From Alphaproteobacteria bacterium (lineage in GTDB: Bacteria; Pseudomonadota; Alphaproteobacteria; MPNO01; UBA830), in the NCBI GenBank assembly GCA_964291215.2, contig OZ219790.1, forward strand, positions 2,176,001 to 2,240,000: DNA of 64,000 nt, read 5' to 3'. A program made the position numbers and the translations under genes. Each line of letters opens with the position of its first letter. Position 1 is the first letter of the stretch. Shown here in pieces: positions 40,671-54,480 of this stretch. The notes under the pieces are model-generated. The model saw only the letters and a list, made by a program, of their open reading frames with translations, was not told where the DNA came from and did not search any database.

Positions 40671-42036
40671 AGGTGGGAACGCTCTGCACCGGAAGATGCG
40701 ATATGATATTGAAGATAATCCACAGCATCAGGAGCCCTCCCATGTCAGTTTCGCAGCCTTCCGCGTCGATCGATATTTCCGGCTTGCCGCCTCGGGTTGT
40801 CGAGGCGGTCACGCAGATAACCGCAGTTTGTCATCGGCAACTCGGTTCGCAGCGCTCTGCCGAGGCCTTTGAGGAAACGGAGCGGCGGGTGCGTGAGAGC
40901 GTGTACGCGCTGCGAGATCCTGGGCGCCGAGGCCCGGGACGATGGTGCGCCCCGGATCGAGCGGGACGGGCAGAGATGGTTCCGTGTGGCGCCGAAGACG
41001 ATGATGACCTCGCCCGGTGACCTTTTGGCGTGCGCGCTACCGCACCGGCGCACGCTGACGGTCGCTGATGCCGGTGGACGAAAGCCTCGTCGACGACTAC
41101 CTGACACGACCGGCGGCTTGGGCTGATGATGATGGGCGGCAGCGGAGGCGTTGTTCGGCAAGCTCGGTGCCATGACGCCAGCACCTTGCAGCACCTGACC
41201 ATGCAGGAGCGCCGGGAAAGTCTCGGCCCCGACATCCGTGAAGCGGAGGACATCCCGCAGGACGCGGTCACCGCCTCGCTGGACGGCGTCATGGTGGCGG
41301 GCCAGCGGGGACGGCCGTTCCGAGGCCTGCTGGCGCGAGGCGGCCTGTGGCACGGTCTCCTTCCACGACGGTGAGCGCCTGAAGACCGTCTGTCTCGGCC
41401 GCATGCCCGAGGGCCGAAAGTGCACACTGAAGGCGCAGCTCGCAAGCGAAGTCGCTCATATCAGGCGGAAACGTCCCGAGATCAGCGCCATCGCCGACAA
41501 CTGGACCTTCCTCGGGGGTCTCGAGCCCGAAACCGAGGTGATCGACTTCTGGCATGCCTGCGAGCATCTGCGCGTGGCGGCCGACCATGCAGCGGCGCCC
41601 TACTGGTTCGAGAAGTACCGCGAGATCCTGCGTCACGCCCCCCGCGGCATCGACAGGGTGATCCGGGCGCTGCGCCACCTTCGCGACACCGCGACGCCAA
41701 CATCAACAGGGAACTGTCCTTCTTCCGCAAGCATCGCCACCGCATGCGCTACCACGCGCTGAAGCAACCGGCTCGGGAATTGTCGAGGCGGCAAACAAGA
41801 CCCTCGTCACACAGCGCATGAAACGCTCCGGCATGCGCTGGCGCATCGTCGGCGGACAATCACCTTCCGCGCCCTGCTTGAAGCCAGCCGCTTCGAGAGC
41901 GCGTGGACGGCCATGATCGGTGCAGACGACGCACCAGCCAACGACAACATCAGCCCAAATCACACCCCGGCACTGGCCGCATGAGATGAACAAGTGGTAC
42001 TGAGCCTGCAACTGTGCCATACGAAACTCCCACCCC
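40671..42036 (+). mobile_element. ISKra4-like transposase element, degraded
   Basis: SLDGVMV, WREAACGTVS, IDFWHACEHL, GSGIVEAANKTLVTQRMKRSGMRW in shifting frames. Confidence 0.8.
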
Positions 42037-42697
42037 TAAAAAAAGAAATCAAGCCGTAGCTGAAGCAGTACTGGTGCATTCCACCGCACCGGAGCGCACA
42101 GTTCGTGGCGGCGGACGTGCTTGACATTTATCAGCGGGACTTTGCCAGGGACGAGGTGCTGGTGTGCATGGATGAAACCAGCCGGCAGCAGACGAAGGAA
42201 CCCCCCCGGTCAGCCGGAGGTGGTCGACTATGAATATGAGCGCAACGGCACGGCCAACCTCTTCCTGGCCTTTGCGCCCAACGAGAACTGGCGCACGGTG
42301 AAAGTCACCGACCGCCGCGGGACTGGACGCACTTCATCCGGGAGCTTGCCGACGACCATTTCCCCGACAAGAAGATCGTGCTGGACAATCTGAACACGCA
42401 CAGTCACTGTATGAAGCCTTCGAGCCCGAGGAGGCGGGTGCGAAAGCGGTTCGAGTTTCGCTACACGCCGAAGCACGGAAGCTGGCTCAACATGGCCGAA
42501 ATCGAGATCGGTGCGCTATCGCGGCAGTGCCTTCGGCGACGCATTCCCGACCGCGACACCATGCTGCGGGAGACGGCGGCGTGGGTGGAACGGCGCAATG
42601 CGGCCGATGTCACTGTCGACTGGCGTTTCACGACGAAGGATGCCCGGACGAAACTGAAGTCTCTATATCCATCATTACAATAATGTCATACTGCTAG
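42037..42697 (+). mobile_element. IS630 family element, 3' half, degraded (copy A)
   Basis: A-run, YWCIPP, VCMDE, DYEYERNGTANLF, LDNLNTH, YTPKHGSWLNMAEIE; ends at CTAG 42694-42697. Confidence 0.9.
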
Positions 42698-42842
42698 GGC
42701 GAGTGAAGGCCAGGTACTCGATGTCAGCGGGATCGCCGACATCAGGCCAAAACCGCACTTCCAGATCCGGCAGTTCGGCACTGATCGCCGCGCGCCAATC
42801 CGCGCCCGTTCCCATCAGGAGGTTGCAAATCAGAAGCGCCAT
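42694..42842 (-). pseudogene. 2-hydroxyacid dehydrogenase (GhrA-like) N-terminal fragment cut by IS630
   Basis: MALLICNLLMGTGADWRAAISAELPDLEVRFWPDVGDPADIEYL ends at the IS630 CTAG. Confidence 0.65.
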
Positions 42843-43109
42843 GGTCCGGCCGCCCCGAGCGCGTACCGTGCGGCGACGTATCGATATCGTCAGTCACGGC
42901 TTCCTCGAGCCCCGGGACCGTCGAAGAGAGGCATACCGAAGACGCAGATCGCGGCGATCATCCGCCAGACACAACCGGCTGGTCGCGATCGACGGAAACG
43001 CGCGTGACGCCGGATGCATCGCACGCCCCCGGCGCGGCAGACACCGGCAGCAGAGGGCCGCGGTCGCCGCCGGGAAGCGCGGCAACAGCTCGGTCTCCCG
43101 CAGCGGCGG

Positions 43110-43883
43110 TCAGAGGAAGCGGCGCACCGGCCGGGTGTTCAGAGGCTGGACCGGCCGGGCGTTCGACGGATAGATCCGGCCGAAGGCATCGATCTGGCTG
43201 CGCGAGACGGCGATCGGATCCATCATCACGACCCAGCTCACGATCTCGCTACAGGGCGGCGTGGTCAGCGAACCCTCATAGCGGAAATACGCCCGCCGCT
43301 CGGGAAGCAGTCCCGCCGGATCGACGAGGCTGGTGCCCGTCCGCCGGCCGCCCGGTGCCGGGAGATCCTCCCAGAGCGCGGCGACGACCGAGTTCGCGGC
43401 GCCCTCCGAGAGGAACGCGCCGACGACGCCAAGATCCCCCTCCGCCGCACGGTGCACGAAATGCACCTCCATCGCATGGCGGGATCCGCCGACGGTATGC
43501 TCGGCGGGATGATGGAAGTGGAACTGCGTGAGCTCGAACCGGCGGCCCTCGAGAACCATCGAACTGCCCGGCGCCGCGTTTGCCTGAATGGTGTGGCCGG
43601 TATTCACCACCTCAAGCGGGAAGGCTCGCCACGAGAGGTCCATCCTGCCCGGCACCATCGCCGCGCCCGGCGCTAGGTCGATGGGCGACTGCCGTTTTCC
43701 CGTCCCGCACGCCGCGAAGGACTGATCGAGCCGCTCCCAACGCCCAGGGCCCGTATCTCCCTCGTATGACCAGTCCACATCCGTCTCGGCGGCGGCAGAC
43801 GCTACCGCCGCGCAAGCCGGACACTCCATCAACCCGTTTGCCGCAAGAGCCTTCAACATCCACCACCTGTCGCTGAACACCAT
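43110..43883 (-). CDS. Alpha-class carbonic anhydrase
   Basis: WSYEG, QSPIDL, QFHFHHPAEH, EVHFVH, YEGSLTTPPCSE, NARPVQPLN. Confidence 0.95.
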   Translation of the reverse strand: MVFSDRWWMLKALAANGLMECPACAAVASAAAETDVDWSYEGDTGPGRWERLDQSFAACGTGKRQSPIDLAPGAAMVPGRMDLSWRAFPLEVVNTGHTIQANAAPGSSMVLEGRRFELTQFHFHHPAEHTVGGSRHAMEVHFVHRAAEGDLGVVGAFLSEGAANSVVAALWEDLPAPGGRRTGTSLVDPAGLLPERRAYFRYEGSLTTPPCSEIVSWVVMMDPIAVSRSQIDAFGRIYPSNARPVQPLNTRPVRRFL

Positions 43884-44181
43884 GGTTGCACCACTGTCAT
43901 CGTTTCCTCCAGATCATCCCCGAATTTGCCGTCGACGGCCAGTCAATGCAACCGCCCGCGTACAACTCCGCAAGGTATTCCCGCGCTAAATTCTGTTTGA
44001 TTTTTCGTAACTGCCCAGGTCTGATTTCGGCAAGTGCTCACAGGCGGTGGATTGATGGTTCCGGTGTGGCGGCGCCGAGGAGGGATTTCACAAGCGCAGT
44101 TTCGGGATCAGCTGGATGGAGTCGGGGTGGGCCAGCGTTTCGAGGACATTCAAGCCCCTTTCAAACAGTCATGCTTTACTC

Positions 44182-44513
44182 GTGCCTGCCCAAAAATGCA
44201 CGACCGCGCGATTCTATTGGCGAAATCGTGATATAGAGGGGACGAAGAATCCCGCTTTGGGGCGGGAATTGACCAATCAGACTAGGAATCCGCCGGATTT
44301 TCGGAAAACTTCGCAAGAATTGCCACGCGAAACGTTATCCGCCCGCAGCTGGAATTGGGCTAGGTTGCGCCGGATTCTCGGTTGGAAGGGCCCTGTGCCG
44401 CTAAGAATCGGCAGGAATCCCCCTGGAAACGGAGCACCCGGAGGCTCCGGGAGTGGATCAAACCCGAAATTTCGCCGGAGGGTCAGCCAAAACGGTCATT
44501 TCCACGCAGGCAC
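44182..44513. mobile_element. Non-coding MITE-like IS derivative
   Basis: Imperfect TIR GTGCCTGCCCAAAAATG / CATTTCCACGCAGGCAC; right end coincides with the truncation of the recombinase gene. Confidence 0.55.
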
Positions 44514-45200
44514 TAACTCTCCGAAGCCGCGACGCGTACCTTGCTAAGCCGCGCTCTGGCCGAGGTCCGAATCAATGACCACAATGCGATCGTCCGGCCA
44601 GCCCGGTTCGCGGGCACGGTCCGCCAGCCGGTATTGACGCTCGCGAGATTCCCGGTTCTTCAGGACCTGGTTCTGCGTCGACTGACGTACATGGACCGCA
44701 GCCGAGCGCTCAAGGTGCCGGTTCGTGATCCGCGATGACCGGCTCATCGGACCTCCCCCCTCCGCTTCGCTTGTCCGACCATCAGCTCCGCCAGCTCCCG
44801 CACCAGCGCCTCCCGATCCGGTGGCGGAACCCGGAGCGATTTCTCCACACGTTCCTCCCACTCCAGAAGCGCCAGCAGCGACAGTTCCTGATCCCTGTCA
44901 ATCCGTCGCCTCCAGACGCCGCTCCAACTCATCGAGCAGAGTACGCAGCCTGATAAAGTCCGACAACTCGCCGAGCAGTTCCGGCCCAACCGAACTCCGC
45001 GCCTCAAGGCTCGTCCACATCGCAGGAATCCACATGCGGGTGCCGTCCGGCAGTTCAACATGCAGGTTCAGCCGGTGATGACTGCCGCCGCCCGCCGTCG
45101 CGCGATCACCTTGACCTCCTGGTCGTCGAACGGATGCCGGAAACGGCGCATGAACACCGGCCCAAAAGGCCGGGGATGCTGAAGTGGTGCAGTAGGAAGG
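44514..45200 (-). mobile_element. Relic of a large serine recombinase element (small DUF5372/Y4bD-like ORF, small ORF, recombinase 5' end)
   Basis: ITNRHLERSAAVHVRQSTQNQV..ESRERQY..VIDSDLGQS..GFGELV (44514-44747, internal stop); upstream LPDGTRMWIPAMWT. Confidence 0.7.
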
Positions 45201-45206
45201 CTCGTT

Positions 45207-45754
45207 TGAAAACATGAACCACCGCCAGAGAGATTGCGTCTTCGGCGAGGACGCCTGCCTGACCCGCCCCGCAAACTGCGCCAGCCTCGACAACATCGCG
45301 CTCGCGGCAGGACTTTCCCACGCTGCATTCGATCTTGCCGCCTGTTGATGGAGAGAGGTTGCACAGGCCTAACCTGGCCGCGAGGTCGTCCACGGGTCGC
45401 CGCAACTGGAAATCCGGCAATACGCGGAAACTTGTGCCCCGCTCAGCGGTCATTCGAAACGTCAACCACAGCGTGGGAAAGTCCTGCGCTCGCGGTGATC
45501 TTCGCCAACCGACGCGAGAGCCTCGCCGAAACACGGCGGCGGCTCGACCGCCGGGAAGCCGTCGCAGCCCTGAGCGCCAATGGTGTCCGGCCGATTCCCG
45601 GACGCCGTCCACATCCCGAAAACAACCCTCCCACGCGCCGGCAACGCCGCCGGCGACGACCGCGGACGGCCCCGAAGCCAGAAAACCCGGCACGCTGTGA
45701 AACCTCCGGACAGCAGAAGACAGCAAAATTGAATGCAGCGTGGGTAAGGCCCTG
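45207..45754 (+). mobile_element. ISAs1 family transposase 3' remnant with right end
   Basis: ENMNHRQRDCVFGEDACLTR..NCASLDNIALAVIF; end CAGCGTGGGTAAGGCCCTG. Confidence 0.75.
45308..45486. mobile_element. 179-bp MITE with ISAs1-type ends
   Basis: Perfect 18-bp TIR CAGGACTTTCCCACGCTG; 9-bp TSD CGCTCGCGG at 45299-45307 and 45487-45495. Confidence 0.9.
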
Positions 45755-45879
45755 CAGCGGGGATTCCAGGCGGTTGCAGCGACCGCGGGATAGCGGGCAC
45801 AACGATAACAATGACTTGCAAAGCGCAACCGCGGCCCCCGCGATCGCACCCCATGGTCCGCACCGAAAACGAACACAAA

Positions 45880-46150
45880 TTTCTCTCCACAGGTTTAACC
45901 CTTTACCGTCCTGTCAAGCAGTTTTTTTGACCGACAACGAAAAAAATCTCCGAAAATTACGCTCTGGGCCGCTTGTTTCGGGCCGCGGGCACGGTTACAG
46001 TTTGCTACATACTCACCTACGGTCAATCAAATTCAATAAGGAGCCAAAAAGGCCATGTCAAAACAAATATAATGGAGGGTAAAATTTTTGCTATCAAGCA
46101 ATGATTCATATCAATATACAAGATGACGATGAGATGAAGAGACATTCCCA
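45880..46150 (+). promoter_or_regulatory. AT-rich upstream region of the rhodanese-dnaA unit
   Basis: Marked AT enrichment against a GC-rich background; no perfect DnaA box seen. Confidence 0.4.
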
Positions 46151-46615
46151 ATGAACGCCACAAGCCAGCCAAATCAGACCAACCCTGCCAGCCGCACCGC
46201 GGGTTACGCTGGCGAGATCAGTGTTGGCGAGTTGTGGGACGCTCTCGGATCGGCGCCGGACGCGACGCTTGTCGATGTGCGTACGCGGGCCGAATGGAAC
46301 TTCGTTGGCGTTCCCGAACTGTCGGAGCTCAACAAGGCGCCGGTCTTCGTCGAATGGCAGACCTATCCGGCAATGGACATCAACCCCGCCTTCGTCGAGA
46401 CGGTGGAGGCGGCAGTCACCGACCGCAACGCTCCCATCTTCCTGCTGTGCCGGTCAGGGGCGCGTTCGCGGGCAGCAGCGATCGCCCTTACCGAGGCCGG
46501 CTACAGCAACTGCTACAACGTGACCGAAGGTTTCGAGGGGCCGCCGGATGCGGAGAGGCACCGCGGCGGGACGACCGGATGGAAGGCGCAAGGCCTTCCC
46601 TGGGCACAGGCCTAG
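46151..46615 (+). CDS. Rhodanese-like domain protein
   Basis: LVDVRTRAEWNFVG, LCRSGARS, GFEG, GWK. Confidence 0.9.
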   Translation: MNATSQPNQTNPASRTAGYAGEISVGELWDALGSAPDATLVDVRTRAEWNFVGVPELSELNKAPVFVEWQTYPAMDINPAFVETVEAAVTDRNAPIFLLCRSGARSRAAAIALTEAGYSNCYNVTEGFEGPPDAERHRGGTTGWKAQGLPWAQA

Positions 46616-46619
46616 TCGA

Positions 46620-48035
46620 ATGGCCGGACCGCGAACCGACGGCGATATTCACGCGAATTGGACCTCCGTTCGCGGCGTTCTGCGTTCAGAGCTTGGAGAG
46701 CCGAGCTACAACGCATGGATCAAGCCGCTGGTGCTGCTCGGCTGCGCGGGCGGTACCGTCAAGCTGGCGCTGCCGACGCGCTTCATGCGCAACTGGGTCA
46801 TCAGCCACTACGGCGAGCGCCTGCAGGAGCTTTGGACGGAAAACGGCCGCGGGGTCGCCGCGGTCGAGATCGTGGTCGTCGCCCAGTCGGTCAGCGCCGC
46901 CGGCACGGAGACGCGCGCCCTGCAGCCGGCCGGACCGCAGGCAAGAACGACCGACCGCGCCATCCGGGAAGAACCGTCCATGGAGACCCAGGGTGGCGAT
47001 GTAGGCAACTCGCCGCTGGACCAGAACTACACCTTCGAGAACTTCGTGGTCGGAGACTCGAACCGACTGGCGCACGCCGCCGCCTCGCGAGTGGCGGACT
47101 CGCCGACGCTGCTCACGAACTACAACCCGCTCTACCTCTACGGAAGCGTCGGCCTCGGCAAAACCCACCTGATGCATGGCATCGCATGGCGGATACGCAG
47201 GAACCAGCCGGACCGCAAGGTCGTCTATCTGTCGGCCGAACGCTTCATGAACACCTTTGTGCGAGCGCTTCAGGAACGCCGCATCATGGGATTCAAGGAC
47301 CGCTACCGGTCCATCGATGTCCTGATGATCGACGATTTCCAGTTCATCTGCGGCAAGGGGCGGACGGAAGAGGAGTTCTTTCACACGCTCGACGAGCTGA
47401 TGAACAGGAACCGTCAGATCGTCATTTCCGCCGACACCGCGCCGTCCGCGCTCCCCGATATCGGCGAGCGCCTCCGCTCGAGACTGGGATCCGGCCTCGT
47501 GGCGGACATTGGCGCGACCACGTACGAGCTCCGGCTCGATATCTTGCGCAGCGTCGACCGGACCCACGCTACCAAGGCACCCGAAACGGTTCTTGAGTTC
47601 CTCGCGCAGCGCATCGCCTCCAACGGGCGCACGATCAAGGGTGCGCTCAACCGCCTGGTCGCGCACGCCGAGTTGCTTGGCGGAGACATCACGATCGAGC
47701 GCAGCCAGGAGGTGCTGCACGACCTGATGAAGACCGGTGACCGCCGGATAACCATCGAGGAGATCCAGCGGCGAGTTGCAGAGCATTTCAACGTCACCAT
47801 CGCCGACCTGCATTCGGTGCGCCGGGCGCGCGTCGTCGTCAGGCCCCGGCAGATCGCGATGTATCTCGCGCGCCAGCTCACCGAGCGGTCGATGCCCGAA
47901 ATCGGGCGCCAGTTCGGCGGGCGCGACCACACCACCGTTCTGCACGCGGTCAGGAAGGTCGAGGAGCTGAAATCCAGGGAGTCCTCCGTCGCCACGGATG
48001 TCGACACCCTCCGCCATGTCCTGGAGAACCGATGA
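46620..48035 (+). CDS. dnaA: Chromosomal replication initiator DnaA
   Basis: YTFENFVVG, NPLYLYGSVGLGKTHL, IDDFQF, RPRQIAMYL, GGRDHTTVLHA. Confidence 0.98.
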   Translation: MAGPRTDGDIHANWTSVRGVLRSELGEPSYNAWIKPLVLLGCAGGTVKLALPTRFMRNWVISHYGERLQELWTENGRGVAAVEIVVVAQSVSAAGTETRALQPAGPQARTTDRAIREEPSMETQGGDVGNSPLDQNYTFENFVVGDSNRLAHAAASRVADSPTLLTNYNPLYLYGSVGLGKTHLMHGIAWRIRRNQPDRKVVYLSAERFMNTFVRALQERRIMGFKDRYRSIDVLMIDDFQFICGKGRTEEEFFHTLDELMNRNRQIVISADTAPSALPDIGERLRSRLGSGLVADIGATTYELRLDILRSVDRTHATKAPETVLEFLAQRIASNGRTIKGALNRLVAHAELLGGDITIERSQEVLHDLMKTGDRRITIEEIQRRVAEHFNVTIADLHSVRRARVVVRPRQIAMYLARQLTERSMPEIGRQFGGRDHTTVLHAVRKVEELKSRESSVATDVDTLRHVLENR

Positions 48036-48441
48036 ACGCGTCATGACCAGCCGGCGCTACGGGGCGCGAGGCGACCGATTCGGCCGCCCGCAACGCAGGA
48101 CGGCGCTGGCGTATCGGGTCTGTGACCGACAGCGGTAATCCGGTTTCGCGGTTTTCGTCTCCACTTGACCGCCATCTGCTTTCAGCATTGAAAATCAACA
48201 TGTTAGGGTACGCCAATGATGTCTTCGCTGCCATGGGCTGCGGGCAGGGCGGTGGTCGGGAGGCACCATGGCCGCTGGCACCGAAGCGCCGACAGCCGTG
48301 AACCTTGACTGAAAACGCATTCTGCACGACAATTCTGCAAACGTCGTGCCTGCATCCGGTGGCCCAACGAAGCGCCGGGTGCGCCGTCGCGCCGAGGCGT
48401 CGGCAGGGCCCTAAATTTTCCGCAAGAACCGGTCCGGATAC

Positions 48442-49560
48442 ATGCAACTCAACATCGAACGCGGCACCATCCTGAGAGCGTTGTCCCATACGCAGGGTGT
48501 CATTGAGCAGCGCAACACGATCCCCATCCTGTCGAACGTCCTGCTGCAAGCGACCGACGGCTCACTTCGCCTCACTGCTACCAGCATGGATCTGACCGTC
48601 GTCGAGGTCATCGAGGCGAATGTCGTCCAAGAGGGCGCAGTCACCGTGTCGGCGCAGATGCTGCATGATGTCGTCCGCAAGCTGCCCGAAGGATCGGAGG
48701 TCCACATCCAGTCGGACATCGAGACCGGCCGGCTCGCCATCAATTCCGGCCGCTCCAGGCTCCAGCTGACCACTCTGCCCGACTCGGACTTCCCTGCCGT
48801 CCAGGAAGACGACCTTCCCCACAGCTTCACGATTTCGGCGGATACGCTCCTGCGCCTGATCAACCGGACGCACTTCGCCATGTCGAACGAGGAGACGCGC
48901 TACTATCTCAACGGGCTGTATCTGCACGCCACGCCGTCCGAGGGTGCCGATGTACTGCGCGTCGTGGCCACCGACGGACACCGGCTCGCCCGGTTCGAGG
49001 TGCCGATTCCCGACGGCGCCGCCGGGATGCCGGGCGTCATCGTGCCGCGCAAGACCGTCACGCAGATCCGGAGACTGCTCGACGAGACGTCCGAGGATGT
49101 CGGGGTCGCGCTATCGGATACCAAGATCCGCTTCAGGTTCGAGAATATCGAACTCGTCTCCAAACTCATCGACGGCACCTTTCCCGACTACAACCGCGTC
49201 ATCCCGGTCAACAACGACAAGAGCCTCGAAGTCAGCAGGAAGGATTTCGTCAAGGCGGTGGATCTCGTCTCCACGATCTCGAACGAACAGAGCCGCGCCG
49301 TCAAGTTCGCCGTTGATTCCGGCATCCTGATGCTGACGGCGAACAACCCGGACAGCGGCAGCGGGCAGGAAGAACTCGATGTGCAGTATCAGCACGACCC
49401 CATCGAGATCGGCTTCAACTCGCGTTACCTCCTCGACATCACGCAACAGATGGATGGTGACGACACGAGGTTCCTGATCTCCGACGAGGCATCACCCACG
49501 ATCGTGCAGGATGTCAGCGATTCGAGCGCGCTCTACGTGCTGATGCCAATGCGCGTCTGA
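48442..49560 (+). CDS. dnaN: DNA polymerase III beta clamp
   Basis: TIPILSNVLL, EETRYYLNG, VATDGHRL, LIDGTFPDY, VLMPMRV. Confidence 0.98.
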   Translation: MQLNIERGTILRALSHTQGVIEQRNTIPILSNVLLQATDGSLRLTATSMDLTVVEVIEANVVQEGAVTVSAQMLHDVVRKLPEGSEVHIQSDIETGRLAINSGRSRLQLTTLPDSDFPAVQEDDLPHSFTISADTLLRLINRTHFAMSNEETRYYLNGLYLHATPSEGADVLRVVATDGHRLARFEVPIPDGAAGMPGVIVPRKTVTQIRRLLDETSEDVGVALSDTKIRFRFENIELVSKLIDGTFPDYNRVIPVNNDKSLEVSRKDFVKAVDLVSTISNEQSRAVKFAVDSGILMLTANNPDSGSGQEELDVQYQHDPIEIGFNSRYLLDITQQMDGDDTRFLISDEASPTIVQDVSDSSALYVLMPMRV

Positions 49561-49570
49561 GGATCGGGCC

Positions 49571-53217
<3,647 letters not shown>

Positions 53218-53252
53218 ACCGAAACCAAGAGCGCCTGTCCGGGAAAAAAGGC

Positions 53253-54480
53253 GGTACTGTAACTTGATGTCTGGAAATTTGTCTGAGGTTTGCGCTTTGA
53301 GGCGTTTCACTGGGGGGCTAGCCCCCCCCAGTGAAACGCGGCGCCATCGTACTATCCCATGGAGTTGGAAAACCTTCATGGAGGAAGCGAATGGACCTGC
53401 GACACACTACGACGATCGGGACTGTTTTGGAACATCTGATCGCAAACGGAGCAACGGATCTGGGGCGGGTCTTTGGCCAGCTCTTCGAGCTTGCGATGCA
53501 AATCGAGCGCGAGCAGTACTTGAAAGCGGGCCACCGGACACCGGAGCGACAGGGCCAACGGCTACAAGCGGATCGACACCCCCACTGTTACCGTTCAGGT
53601 GCCAAACGGTCACGGGGACGACCCGTCCCCAGTCGCTTGAACGCGGCCAGCGATCTTCTCGCGCCGTAGCCGAGATGTACATCAAGGGTGTTTCCACGCG
53701 GCAAGATGTAATGCGCGAGTTCGGGAGCCTGTCCTCTTCTCAGGTCAGCCGGACCACCAAGTTGCTCGATGAAGAACTCGCCGCGCAACCGGCCCCTGAT
53801 GAACTACCTGATCCTGGATGCGCGCTACGAAAAAGCCCGCCATGACGGCGTTGTGCGCGATGTTGCAGTGCTCTCGGCCATCGGAATAGGGGCTGCAGGC
53901 ACGTTCTGGGGCTCTCTGTGGCGCTCTCCGAGGCCGAGGTCCATTGGAGAGCCTTCCTGGAAAGCTTGCTAGCCCTGCATGGTACGACCTTCATCGTCTC
54001 GGATGCCGGGCTGAAAGCAGCACGACGCGCGGTGCTGGGCGCGGCGACGTGGCAGCGCTGCCAGTTCCACCTGGCGCAAAACGCCGTGCACCGAACAATG
54101 ACATCAGGAAACGTATTGGAAAACAGCTCGGAGCCATGCGTCCTCACTCCAAACCGCCGAGGCTGAACTGGGCGCCCTCGTGGCCAGCGACAAGCATCCA
54201 GGCTTCCTGGCTGGAAAAGAATGCGGGGCTCGCTGTCTTCACCTTGCCCGATGCTCACCGCAAACGTATGCGAACCTCGAACGGTATCGAGCGACCGATC
54301 CAGCAAGAGCTCAAGCGGCGCACCTCCAAAGTCAGGGTCTTTCCGAACCTCGCCTCGTTGGAGCGCCTCTCAACCGCGGTCCTCATCGACGAAAAATGGG
54401 AAACCGAAACCAAGATCAAATGGGAACAGCTCGATGACTGAGAGTTTCACGAAAATTTCCAGACATCAGGTTGCGTAATC
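53253..54480 (+). mobile_element. IS256 family element, heavily microdeleted
   Basis: TIR GGTACTGTAACTTGATGTCTGGAAATTT / AAATTTCCAGACATCAGGTTGCGTAATC; EMYIKGVSTR, YLILDARYEK, WQRCQFH, RTSNGIER..ELKRRT in shifting frames (53391-54441). Confidence 0.93.
53302..53339. repeat. Near-perfect palindrome in the IS256 left end
   Basis: GCGTTTCACTGGGGGG-CTAG-CCCCCCCAGTGAAACGC-type hairpin centred on CTAG. Confidence 0.9.

Noticed and set aside
45880-48441. oriC near dnaA
   Set aside because: No cluster of TTATCCACA-like boxes seen upstream of dnaA or between dnaA and dnaN; alphaproteobacterial origins are often elsewhere.
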